From positions 124,001 to 188,000 of the forward strand of contig MU008195.1 in assembly GCA_010909165.1 (NCBI GenBank): 64,000 bases of DNA. The letters run 5' to 3'. The notes under the pieces are model-generated. The model saw nothing but the letters and a program-made list of their open reading frames with translations, made no database searches and was not told the DNA's origin. Shown one piece after another: positions 1 through 12,049 of this stretch (positions are counted from its first letter, which is position 1; each line of letters starts with the position of its first letter). A program made the position numbers and the translations under genes. This DNA comes from Anthoceros angustus (Eukaryota; Plantae; Anthocerotophyta).

Positions 1-580
1 ACGAGAAAAACCTTAGCCCCGAGCGTGAAAACCAAGAAGCGACGCTGATCTCTCCCTACGGACGCGCATTCGCAGAACAAAGCAAAGCAAGAACTTGCTA
101 GCGCAACCTCGAGCTTGCCATGAGATCTACCACGCGCCGCGCTAAAGGGCAGAGGGCAGCGGGGCAGAAAAATAAATTTCCCTCTTTCCCTTGCTGCCAG
201 GTGAAATTTTCCTTGGCGATCTGGAGCAGCGGGGGCAGAATCACGGACATGCCGGGTCGTGGTCTCGAATTGGGCTGAGGTCCCGATGCCACGCCCGCGA
301 TCTACGAATAGGCCGGCAGGAACGCGCTCGCCCCCTCTCGCCGCTTGACCTAACGGGGCCCACGTAACAGCTGCTGCCGTGACAAGCTGTTAAGGCATCT
401 CCCCCCTAGCACATCGCGAGTACCATCCGACCATTCTTCTCTCCAGCGGGTCACTCCCAGGCACAGTGCGGTTTATATCGGGGTTTACGTGTGTAATCAG
501 ATCACGACATTGCTGGTCTCTGCTGGTGTAGGTGTATGACACTGTGGGCTTTCGCTCCCTGCAGTCTTGCAATTCCCACA

Positions 581-3500
581 TCACACCTGGAACCGGATTT
601 CAGAGTCTTGGGTGTTCCAACCTTGGATCCCAAGCACAAGCTCTGGACCCACGTCCTTTGGCAAGGCAAAAGAGATATGCACGGCACGTGACTCCCCGGG
701 AACTAACGAGAAGTAATTGTCGGTGTAGAAGGTGGGGAGGATACGCCGGTCGTGGTCTCCTTGAGACTTTTCTCCTGACAGTACTGACAGACGCAGCCAG
801 AAAGCAACTCCAGAGTTGGGCTCCTCAGCATCGCCAGAGGTAACATTGCAGGCCGCCATCTCTTCGGGCTCTGTATTTTGTGCCTGGACGGCTCCATTGA
901 TGACGTGCTTGGGCTTACTCCTCCTGGTGGCATTCGTGAGATGCACTGCAAGGTTGCAGACTCCGTGCTTCAGAGTTGCCACAGCTGAAGTTGCCACAGG
1001 GATTTTCTTGGATCTGAAAGCGCCTTCGAGCAGCCAGTAGTTTCCTCGAGGTAGATGGAGCCAGTAGAAATTTCTCGAGACTTCTTCGTTGGCATGGTTG
1101 AGAAGCTTCAGAAGCATGAAATAGACGGGTTTGGCATTTGGGAGCTTGTGGTAGGATATCTCATGCAGGTCGGTCGTCGTCCATGGCTGAGCACACACCT
1201 TCTCAAAGATGTACAGGTAGGCAAACTCCCCATTCAAGTCCCATATTTCACAGTGTACCGAACAGTCTGCCAGTGGTTCACGCGAAGTGTTCACAACCTG
1301 CATCAAGCAGGACAACCATGTCACGTATGTATTTGCAGCTTACAGATAGTACTCCACATTCCCAGCCACAACTTCAATTTGCTTATTTCCATCTCATACG
1401 GCTATTTAAAAAAGAAACTCAAAAAAGTTACCGAACCTGAACCAAGTGCGTAAGAAGATTTAGCTGAACATGAATAGCCTCCGCCGCAGACTGAACACCA
1501 AAGAAACCACCATTTTGATCTAGCAGATGATCATAAAGCTGCCCTCTTAGGCCTGGTCACCAAAACCAAATGCAGCGAGTCAGAAGTGGCCAACACGACT
1601 ATAACAAGAGCTCCGAAAAGCATGACAAAGTCTAACCTGGCCAGGGGTTTTGGCTTTTCCAGATAAGCACGCCAGTGTAGTTTGTCCACATGCGGGCATT
1701 CCAGCTTTCTATGAGTGCCCGGTACTGGACGTAGTTCGCTAGCTGTGCCTGTTGAAGGAAAATTAACCACTCGATCACCACAAAAGGCATGCAAAGTCCA
1801 ACAACTTCTTAGCTTATAAGAAACACACCTTGTCACAAAATCCTTCCATGGTCCTGGCATCTCCATATAGAGCAATCTGATCCTCCACTTTTTGGTCTGG
1901 GTCTGCATATGGAATAAACTTATGATAATCCCAGGTGAGATTTGGGACCTCCAGAATGTATCCATCTGCTCGTTTTTCTAGCCTGGGAGGGTCTAATGCC
2001 TCCACAGGCATTGTCCTTTTCATTGTTGCAGATAATGGGACACCCACTGAACCTATTTCAGGATTGAATGCATATGGATAGAATCCATCGCGGAAAAAAT
2101 CCTCAGGGTTCTGGATTCCATAGGGACCATCTGAGAAGGCACCATCTCCCTTTGCGAATCCTTCCCACAAAGAACCCTGAATATACAGACGGCTGCCATC
2201 TAGGCATTGACTAGGATCACTAGTCCAAGAGTCTCTGTGATCAGGAGCAAACAGTTCCCAGGTTACCCCAATGGCGTGAGTGCAAAAATGCTGCACCTGC
2301 AGTTCAACTTGGGAAGACAATTACCTCATCTTTGGAATATCACGCTTTGTGATATCAAATGCTGGATGCAGCGTCAGTTCATCCTTCAACGTCTCATTGA
2401 TGTCATCTGCAGGATACTGCTCATTACCACCAACCCACAACGCCAGGCTGGCATGATTTCGAAGTAGCTTGACAGTATCACGCGCGCATCTCAGAAAAAG
2501 ATTGTGATCCAGTGGCCAACTATGGTCAGATGGAGATACCCCTCGACCATTACAGTCTCCAGTTATCCAAAACTCCTGCCACACCTGTTGCCACCCCTAT
2601 CAGAAACGAAGGTAAAACAGTCAAAGAACATGTAACCTAGGGAGGAGATTTCGAGAACCAACCAGAAGACCATACTCATCACAAGCCTTGTAGAACTGGG
2701 GACGTTCGGCTAAAGCACCCCCCCATACACGGATCATGTTCAGATTCATGTCTCTGTGAAACCTGACATCCGTCCTGTATCGGTTCTCTGAAAGCCGAAG
2801 TAAACCATCAGATACAATCCAGTTCGCTCCTCGAACGAAAAGTGGTTCACCATTAACCTCAAACTTTCTGCACTCACATCAACGTTCCAGTTCAAAGAGT
2901 TAGATTGCATGATCTACACCAGGCCCTCACAATCACCCACTAGATCTCAAACGCCAGACAGTGTACAACATGAAATTTTAACCTGAAGAACCCCTAAATG
3001 TTGCTCCTTTAGTTCTGAGTGACAGCACCTTCCACCGTTGAGGGGGTCTATGTAGCTATGTATTTGTCGGAAGCCATGGCGACCACTCCAAGAGTCAGAC
3101 ACTCCAAAGTCCCGAACCTCCACCAGAATGTCAACTTGATATAGAGTTTGTGCACCAACCCCATTGGGCCACCACAGCTTGGGTTCCACGAAGACAAGCT
3201 GCAGAACATAATTCCCATCTCACAACAGTGACCCCATGACACACCAGCAACTCAACAATGCAAGGACTGCACATGAGATTGGTTCACGAGCAAAGTCAGC
3301 CCAATTCTCAAGACATCTTTGAAGACGCTCTGGCGTGTCAGCATATCATACAGGATTGATGGTGTGTCGCCGAGATTCTCCAGAGAATATGGAAACATCC
3401 TCTGACACTACGCTCAACCGAACAGAACCCATCGTCCATATCCAAAGTAACTTGCAGCGTCAGTGTGCACTCAACAGCTGCAGCGGACGTGTTTTCCAAG

Positions 3501-4651
3501 TTGACAGTCGCGTGCAAGTGAGCAGTTCGGAATCCATTGTCAAATGCAGACACAACATAGGGATCTGATAGTCTAACAGGCTGCACAGAACATCCAGGGA
3601 GAATGTTACATGTCGATGCACGAGGTGGGCCAAAGCCACAGGAAGCGACAGCCATACCCCAGTGAAAGAGATGGAAACTTCATCCCAGATCCCTGTATTC
3701 CTGTCTCTGCAGACACGCCATAAACACCTTGTTCAGACCCCCGTCTTTTCTTCTTTCCCCCCCTCCCTCCGTCTCCGCAACCGTACAAACGAGCAGAGAC
3801 GACAGCACTAACATACCGAATGGGAATGATCCAATCCCAACCCTCCACATATTGAGCCGTAACATCCTTCGCAATCTGCACAGCCCACCATATCCTTCAC
3901 TCTTGTCCCTCACAGCAGCCATAACCGCCCTACATTGCACCCGTCCCAAAGTATCCCCAGCTGCCACGTACATCGTGGTCTCCACCCTGCCCACCCTCCG
4001 GCGGAATTCTCCCTGGATGATCAGGAGGATGCACAAGAACAGCCAGCTTATTCTCTCCACCAGACACAAGCCAATCAGTGACATCCACGTTGTGCCGCAT
4101 AAACATGCCCCCAGGTAGAACATGTCCATGTCCATTGAGGAACACCTCCGCCGAGTAATTGATAGCCCTAAACTGAAGCCACCCTCGCATGCGTCCCAGC
4201 AGCTGCAACACGACAACCCACAGCTACATGTCACAAAATCTTCTCATGCCGAAATCAACCGATGCTCAATTCCAGGCCAGTCACACCTCCTTACCTGCGG
4301 CACTTCAAACTTGTCGAAGAACCAGAAGGTGTAGTACTCCCGTCCCGCCACGGATATGTCTACAATGTCCTCGTTGTTACGCCCGTAGAACGGATCCGGA
4401 ATCAAGTTGTTCTTCAGCAGAGTCGTCAGCACACTGCAGGGGCAAATACAGGGTGGGAAAAACTCAAAAATCGACTGACTCCAGGGAAACTGCTGTGGGA
4501 AGCCTTACGTGCCCGGAACCACCGCCTCCATCCATGGGGCACCATCTGTGGCAGCCGAATCGGACTTAGTAAGCTCATAGCCCGTGGCAGAGACAGTGCT
4601 GGCCCGAGCAGCCAGCCAGCCTGACTGCAGGGCTACTGTCGGCAAGACCAT
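581..4651 (-). CDS. EBM: Mannosylglycoprotein endo-beta-mannosidase (glycoside hydrolase family 2), multi-exon
   Basis: ATG at 4651 opens [16 protein letters not shown]...WMEAVVPGT. Later exons give [82 protein letters not shown] and [12 protein letters not shown], in the order expected for plant GH2 endo-beta-mannosidase. Stop at 581. Confidence 0.95.
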
Positions 4652-4892
4652 CTTTGTTCGACCACAAACAGGAATCTAGCTATGTACCGACTCGCCGCTC
4701 TTGTATCGAGGTGGATTTGGATTCCATGCAGCATTATCACACACAAACAACACAATGCCATTCCACATGCACCAAATTCATAATATCCACATTCCGGTGA
4801 ATATAAAGCACGTAATACAAACAGTGGGGGCGGTTGGTAGGTTCAGGGTAGACAATCACAGGCCTAGTCCCCGTGGCCTCGGCCACGATTAA

Positions 4893-5056
4893 GCATCCTG
4901 CGCTTGGATCGGTACTTAGATGGGGTGCCTAAAGGGAGTGGATGCCCTTGGTGCAAGTAACTTAGGCACACCATGGTACAAGTTGTTAAGTACCAAGTCC
5001 CATGACGGAAATCCGTCCTTAGTGGACTTAAATAAAATTCTTCTTCTTCTTCTTCT
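4893..5056 (+). repeat. Dispersed ~160-bp repeat ending in AATAAA+(TTC)6; probable SINE/LINE 3' end (copy 1)
   Basis: Aligns by eye with the reverse complement of 42505-42664 (shared blocks GTACTTAGATGGGGTGCCTAAAGGG, AAGTTG(T/C)TAAGTACCAAGTCCC, AGTGGACT). Both copies end in a (TTC)n tail. Confidence 0.65.
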
Positions 5057-5599
5057 CGGCTCTTTGAGGGTTTTTAAAGACACAAGTTATTATGGCACTA
5101 ACCATACATAGTATATCAGAACCACTAAACAAAGGTATAAACATCATTGTAGCATTCCTTAACCTATACTTTTATCATCTTAGTGAGTTGTGATAATTTC
5201 TTGTGATAATTCTTATATGATTTCTATGTTCTCTAGAGGACATAATGTACTTGCTACTGGGAGGCAAAATGTCCATGAGGGAATACATGCTCGACCTAGT
5301 CGAGCTGTCATGGTGACACCAATCACAAAGGGTGAGCTAGATCTTAGGCAAAAAACGAGAATGGTTGGCCTATAGTCAAGCTAATCCTAGCTTGTCCTAA
5401 AGTGATGTAGCCATATGGGCTACAGATAAAGTTTGAGTACTTGTGAATCGACGGTGTCTTGAATCCATTTGAAGAAGAATGTAGTGGCTTTCAATGGAAC
5501 TAGAGCATGAAAGCGAAAGAAGAAAGGTGCTTCTCCAGAAGTTGAGAATTATTATGCATTATTCTCAACCAATAATAATGCTCAACTTATTATACAATT

Positions 5600-5784
5600 C
5601 AACATTATTCTCATAAGAGTACAATTTCGCATACTAATCAACATTGTTGGCAGAAGAGTATAGTTTTGCATACTATTCAACATTGTTGGTGGAAGAAGAG
5701 TACAGTTGGGTATATTGGCAGACAAGCTATTGGGCATACTGGCAGACAAGCTATTGGGCATATTGGCAGACAAGCTATTGGACA
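5600..5784. repeat. Compound tandem array: three degenerate ~39-bp units followed by three 24-bp units (TATTGGCAGACAAGCTATTGGGCA)
   Basis: 24-bp units start at 5713, 5737 and 5761. The ~39-bp units begin CAACATT(A/G)TT from about 5600. The array lies in an AT-rich island (about 4900-6300). Confidence 0.85.
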
Positions 5785-6925
5785 AGGTGTGCCCGACAAG
5801 CACTAATGATGAAGAACATAAATGTATATTTGACTGAATGATTTGCATCTAAGTATGCACTTGATGTTGAGTTTGATGATGAGATAGATGGAGGCAGGGG
5901 GATTATGTAGATATGTTTGTAGATAGTATGTTAGAGGACGTACTTAATAGGCTAGATATATATTAGTGAGTGAAGCTGGTGTAATGCCTTCAATGAGTGC
6001 TGAAGGGTATGCAAGTTTGAAAGACTTTCATGCAGTGGAAATATCATGATCCTACTGTGGAAGAAATATGATAGATCACTAATCCGGAGTCGATTATATG
6101 TGAAGAACCAAGGGAAGAAGTGGATGATTTGATGAACTCGAGGCGCTCAAGATTAGATAAAGTTTGAGATTGTTATGATAAGTTTGAGACTTGTTATGAG
6201 TGGTTTTGCGAGTATTTTACAATGGCTAGAGGAACGGCCATACGACGCCACAGAGACCATCCTTTCCCTCCAAGACATGAAGAGACTGAGGGCCATACCA
6301 TATGAAGTCAGGCCCCGGGTTCGAATTTAGGAAGGTGACCCGTCACCTGCAGAGCCGATAGCGATAACAAAGTTTTAAAGCGCACATGAGCAACCGGCAC
6401 GCACACGCCCCAAGAGGCCGGGCCAGAGATGGCGACGGTTGCGCGACCTGTCACTCCCCGGCCTCGCCCCGCTGCCTGCGGCCCCGCCAGCGCTCGCGCT
6501 TTCCGTCTCGCATCCCGGCCTGCTTCTCCGCGGGCTGCGCCATAGCCAGCCAGCCAGCAATGCTCCTGCCTGCCAGCTGGGACGCCTCCTTGCACGTCCT
6601 GCTCCGCCTGCACAATTCGGCCTGCGCCTCGTATTTCACTGCGATTCCTGCCCGCGTGCTCCCCGTGCGCAATCCGTGCTCCCCAGGCCCGGATTGCTGC
6701 TAGCTTAGCATGGAGGACGAGAGCGCTGCGGAGGAGCCTCCTCGGGGACGGCGGCCCTGAGTTTAGTTGTGGGAGCGGGGTTTGTGAGAGTGTGTGGAAG
6801 TACAGGAGCGCTGGAAAGGGAGGCGTTGGTTCGAAGTTTGCAGCTTCGGGTTGGATCTGCGTCTTGGAGCTGGCCTGGCGGGAAGTGAGTTGCCGGGGAG
6901 GGAGTTTGCATACACGGGCTCGACT

Positions 6926-9900
6926 ATGAAGCTCCCACTGCGACATGGGGGAGGTTCAGCGGCCGATGTTGCCGAGGATGTATCTGCTTTCCTCCCTGCA
7001 GATTGGGTAGGTTTTCGGAGCATAGGCGTAGGGTGTGGTTTTTGTTCGCTACTGTGTGGAGTTTGGAAACTTGACTGACTTGACACCTGCTCGGGCAGAG
7101 ATATGCAATCTTATGTTTCCAGGTTGTACCTGTATTTGCCAGAAAAGAGCCTTCAGCTTGTTTTCATCGTTGATAATGGACCGTGGACTACCAAGCGGCG
7201 GAGGTCCATGCCTGCGGAACTCTGGCAGGCGATGGTCACCAAGGTGTGTGGTGCAGTTTTTAATGCCGTTTTTGCCTGCTGATTCTGAGTGGAGGTGCTG
7301 ATAGTGTGTGTGTGCTTATGTGATGTTGCGCAGTCGAGGGTGTCGCCGTTTGCGAACAGGAGGCTCAAGCTCGCTGAAGAACAGCGTTTGGTCAACAGTC
7401 CCAGAGCCCCGGAGCCTGAGAGTCCTATTGGGTCGAGTCCTGATGGAGGAGCGGGAGACTCTGGCTGGACCTCTTTGTTGCATGCCCTGCATCTGCGGTG
7501 TAAAGATATGATCAACGTGAAGAAACCCTCTCAACTGTATGGCTGTGTGTCGTTCGAAGTAGCTTGGGCCGATGTCCGAGGCATCAACTACTTGAATGAG
7601 CTGCAGGTGCTGTTCTCTCTTTGGTATGCTGACGTTGCTTTCGAATGGCTTGCGTCTAGTGTTGCCGTTCTTGATGGATGTTTCTTGTCAGCAGACGAAT
7701 ACGTGTGTGTCGTTGGAAGTGCGGTATATGCGGAAGAGGGAGTTCGACAGTCTGAAGCAGGCAGAGGCTTGGTATGCGTCTCCATTGGCCTGCACTCAAC
7801 AAGATTCGGTCGGGCAAGGAGGGCCGAGTGTTCTGCACGTTGGCAGTCTCCCTGTAGGTGTTCAGGACTTTGCAGGGAAGGAATTTTGGTGCCAAGGGTT
7901 GTTCTCTGAGCGCCCGGCGTCCTCTTCCAACTCCTATGCTTTAGCTGCGGCTGCTTCGTCTGAAAGGGATGCAGGTCATGCCTATGAGTCTGAGGTCCCT
8001 TTGGGTGGTGCAACCTCTGCACCGTCAGCAGTTTCTGGTGAAGGTGCTCAAGATGGACCTTCTGTGCCTTCTGCTGGTGGATCCTGGGAATGGTTTCGTA
8101 GACTGGAATTGGAGACGGAAGAAAGGGCAGGTCATACTGAGTTCGTTACTCCTCCATCTTCTCCCAGCAGTGTTGATATGCGCTATCCTGATCATTCAGG
8201 AAGTAGCTCTTCTTCTGAAAGCTCAGGCAGTGGGCTGACTCGGAGGAAGAGAAAGCCTACCTATGTTGGTGAGCGGTCAGCAAAGAGCAGGGACCGCATT
8301 GTGCCTGGCCAGCATCTGGGCCAATCTTCGTCAATGACCGACCGCATGAAACCTGATTTGTTCCGAGACTGTGAGATGTCTTCAGGGCTGGCTTGCCGTG
8401 CTCCAGGAGTTGAAAGATACTGTCCAAGGCGAGATATTCTTGGGGACAAAGTGTTCTCTAAGCAGTTTATGTGTGGGACCGTGGAGAGCAGGGAGCAGTA
8501 TCTTTACACTCATCTTGCCAGGTTCATATATCCAGCTGGCTCTTACAGGGACACTTTTGTTTCGTTTCGTTTTGCTGACCCCTTGCTACCCTTTGAGTTG
8601 GAGCAAATTATCACAGCGGACCAGCGCCTGCTGAAGATGCTTGAGTCAGGATTACCTTCCTGGGTTATTTTCCTTCAGTCCTATCCCATTGTTTGCCATT
8701 TCTATCGACCTTGGATGAGACCACTGGCTTCAACAGTGTATTTTCTAGTGTCGATTGTAACAGTACTTATTGGATTTTACGACTTGTACAAGAATGTTCC
8801 TGTTCTCAAAGCCACTGCTGCACATATTTTTGGGCCTCTTGCCGAGTGGATAGATTCGTGGGAGATGGTATCGAGATTAAAATATCTGGGTACCATGTTG
8901 TTCCTTCAGAATTTTGAGAAGGCATTGTCCTGGATTCTTCTAAGCTTCAAAGCTGTTCGGCAGCTTTCAGCCCTTGCATTGCGACCTGTGGCCGAACCTC
9001 TCATGGTCATTGCAGAGTTTTTCCTGCCTATGTGGACGGCTATCATGGACGTCTTCATTGCGACGGGAATGTTGATTTGGACTTTTCTGTCTACTATGCA
9101 CATGCTGTTCAGCAACGTGCTTGTCACACTCATGTGGCCCATTTTTGTGTTTCTCCAGACCATATGGAATTTAGGTACGTATGTCAGATTTTCCCTCTGT
9201 TGGTGTGAAGTTGGGCCTGCATCTCAGCCGTTCTCGTTTGGTTAGGTTGATGACTACTTTGCAGACGGTTTTGGAGTTGTAGTGCCAACCCAATGGTCGG
9301 TATGTGACTGGTTACTGCTTTGGTTGTTGTTGGCAGGTGTTACGCTTGTATATCCCATTTTTTCAGCGGTTTGGGGTCTATTGACCTTCCCAATTCAGTT
9401 GATTAAGAGTATTGTCAGCTTGATTGCTTTTCTCTCCACGGGGCTGGTTGAGGTGGTTCTCAATGCTTGGGTGGCCGTGAGCTCCACGGTGAAGCTTTTG
9501 GCTGCAAACAGTGCACCTGCTGTAACGTCGATTAGGGCTGCCAAGTCAATATCACCTGTACCGTCATTATGGCGCACTCTTTGGAATGATATATTCTCCA
9601 AGGTACGAGCTAGGTGTATGGTTGTCATGAAATGTCAGCTCGTTCCGGTAGGTCCTTGGGCATAACCGGCATTAGCGCCGAGGCGTCACTATTAATGCAG
9701 GGAAGGAAATTGGTTCTTGGTTTGCACACCTGATGTTTTTTAGTTGCCCGGGTTTCTTCTATCAGGTCTTTCGTGCAGTGAAGAGCATAGTCCAAGGATT
9801 AGCGGCATTTTCAGCCTCTCTCAACCGACACCGCCTGAGGTATGTGCGCAGCTTGGGTGAAGTTATTCTGTAGTTCTGTGGAGATGCTGAAAATTTTCTA

Positions 9901-10389
9901 AGTCCCGTCTACCTTGAACAGCATGTACAACAATGTCGTCGCTTTCCTCTTTCGGATGACGTGTGTGATCCAGTCTGGGCGTGGTGTTGCTCAGTCCGCC
10001 TGTCGACAAATCTTCTATCATGTTGTCGACACACAAGTGCCTGCTGACAATCTGGTACCCACTCCTATTTCACCCTCCACCATCATTTCAATGCCCCTGC
10101 TTGCTTCGGAATGACTGTTCTGACGACTCCCCTCCTATGAATCATCATTGCACTGCTCAAATAGCTGGCCTCAACGTTGTGTCTGCTGTTTGTGCAGCCG
10201 GAAAGAACCACTGGTCCAGCAGCAGAACTTGAGCTTGAGCTCGTGCACGAAAATGAGCTGGAACAGGAGTACATCCCTGATCCCTATCAAGCGCAGCAGG
10301 AGATAGTGGAGCTTGACCAAGATCACGAACAGTACCTTGAGGATGACGCAGAGCAAGACAATTCCGCAGAAGCGGCCCAAGATGAGTAG
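6926..10389 (+). CDS. Conserved land-plant multi-pass membrane protein of unknown function, multi-exon; exact start and last exon uncertain
   Basis: Exons encode FEVAWADVRGINYLNELQ, LLKMLESGLPSWVIFLQSYP, IGFYDLYKNVPVLKATA, WEMVSRLKYLGTMLFL, LWRTLWNDIFSKVFRAV and NRHRLS, which resemble an uncharacterised family I recall from angiosperms. GT-AG boundaries are visible. The CDS ends at 10114, or at 10389 if the acidic exon 10198-10389 is used. Confidence 0.8.
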
Positions 10390-10681
10390 ATCCAGAGCGT
10401 GAGGTGCGGGCAATTCTGCTCTCGCCATGTACATTACTTGTAGGGGGAATCAATTGATCCGGCCTGTTAGATCGCAGCATAGAGCTGGGCGGATGCCTAA
10501 CCATCATTCTTTTTGTCCTGGGCCTCGTGAGGCAAAGTTTTGTGCCCACGACAGCCTCAGCCATTTTAACAGTTTTGAGGTGCTCATGTGAAATCACTGC
10601 AGCAAGAAAAACGCTTTTATTGACGTCCCGACACGGGACAATGTATACATCTTTTGTAAAAAGGGGACACTCACATGAAAG

Positions 10682-11389
10682 TCACATGTAGCATCGCTCC
10701 TTTGCGAAGCAAATGGTGTACTTCTTGCATACCTTGCGAGCGCAGACAGCCCACGGGCTATGCTTCCGCTTTTTCTCCTTGACGTCTGGATTCAAGCAGA
10801 AACGGACTCCCTTGTAGCAGAAGCAGCATTTGCTGCCCCCGACCGAATAGTCGGGTGAGGGCGCCGGTGCATATCCTCCCGTATTCTTGGAGGGAGGATA
10901 CGGCCCGTTCCCGACGCAGCAGACGGTGGTGTTGCACACCCTCTGGCACTGCCCGACCGGGCGCTCCGGATTGATGCACACCTGCACCTTGTGGTGCTTG
11001 TAGCAGCAGCGCTTCCTGGCAGGCGGAGGCGGGAGGTTTACGTGAGGAGGCATCGCCGGCGCCGGCACCGGCACCGGCACCGGAGCCTTGTGCGGTGCCT
11101 GCACTGGAGCCTTGTGCGGGGCCGGCACTGGAGCCTTGTGCGGAGCCGGCGCCGGAGCCTTGTGCGGAGCCGGCACTGGAGCCTTAAGCGGAGCCGCCGG
11201 ATGCGGTGCTGAATTCGGTGCTGGATGTGGAGCCAGATGAGGTGCCGGATGCGGTGCTGGAAGCGGAGGATCCGGATCCGGATGCGGAGCCAGCCGCGGC
11301 GGCTTCGTCTCTGCCGGCTCGGCGAGTCCCGCCAGGAGCGAGAGTAGCAGCGTCACCAGCAGCAGAGCTTGGAGTCTCGAGCTTGCCAT
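10682..11389 (-). CDS. Secreted Pro/His/Ala-rich (AGP/PRP-like) protein with two C-terminal Cys-rich modules, intronless, 235 aa
   Basis: The first in-frame ATG is at 11389. A hydrophobic signal peptide (LQALLLVTLLLSLLAGLA) precedes APHP and KAPVPAPH repeats (24-bp DNA repeats at about 11090-11185) and 15 Cys in two similar modules. Confidence 0.85.
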   Translation of the reverse strand: MASSRLQALLLVTLLLSLLAGLAEPAETKPPRLAPHPDPDPPLPAPHPAPHLAPHPAPNSAPHPAAPLKAPVPAPHKAPAPAPHKAPVPAPHKAPVQAPHKAPVPVPVPAPAMPPHVNLPPPPARKRCCYKHHKVQVCINPERPVGQCQRVCNTTVCCVGNGPYPPSKNTGGYAPAPSPDYSVGGSKCCFCYKGVRFCLNPDVKEKKRKHSPWAVCARKVCKKYTICFAKERCYM

Positions 11390-12049
11390 GCCTGCAGCTG
11401 CAGTTATGGCCACTGCAGTGCAAGCGTCCTTGCCAAGATCTGCAAGCCAATTGCAACAGTGATGAGGGATTGCATCAAGGCCGGGTCATATGTACCTGCT
11501 GCTCGAGACTCCATGGCCAGAATCTCCAGATCTGCAGGTCAAATGCAACGACTGGGAGTCGGCGCCGATGCCCCTCCACTTGCATGCCCACATGCCTTGC
11601 TCCGTCGGCTGGCGCGGGCTTTCATGGATTCCCGCCTTTTTGCGGACCGCAGGCAGTATTCCATTGAAATGTAATTGTGCGAATTCGGGGCACGCGCGCG
11701 GCTGGCTCCAGGCTCCAGGCTCCAGGCTCTGGTGATCTGATCCTGATCTTGAGTCTGGCTCGTGGATCACTTTGTGCAAATTCGACCTTCCGAGCTCGTC
11801 GACCTTTTGGCCTCCAGTCCATAGCACCAGCATCTCGCCGTTATTCTGTCCTGCATTGGATGCCTCCCATATCCAGAATTGCGAATTCCATGTTACCTTG
11901 AGCTTATGGCAACCTTGTTTACAAGAGTACATACGCACCAGTTGTTCTGTCTTGCATTGAATGGCTCACATATCCAGGATTCCGATCCCATAACGTGGAG
12001 TTTATATGACAACCTGGAGTTTTCTCGCTTGCCGGGACGGATTTTTCTA

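Noticed and set aside
4863-4890. Hairpin CGTGGCC-TC-GGCCACG near CTAG as a Helitron 3' end
   Set aside because: On the minus strand CTAG is only about 4 nt from the hairpin and is followed by G rather than T; no matching 5' TC end was identified.
6308-6946. Several 60-212-aa ORFs on both strands upstream of the membrane-protein gene
   Set aside because: GC-rich promoter/5' UTR-like sequence, mostly non-ATG starts, and no protein motifs.
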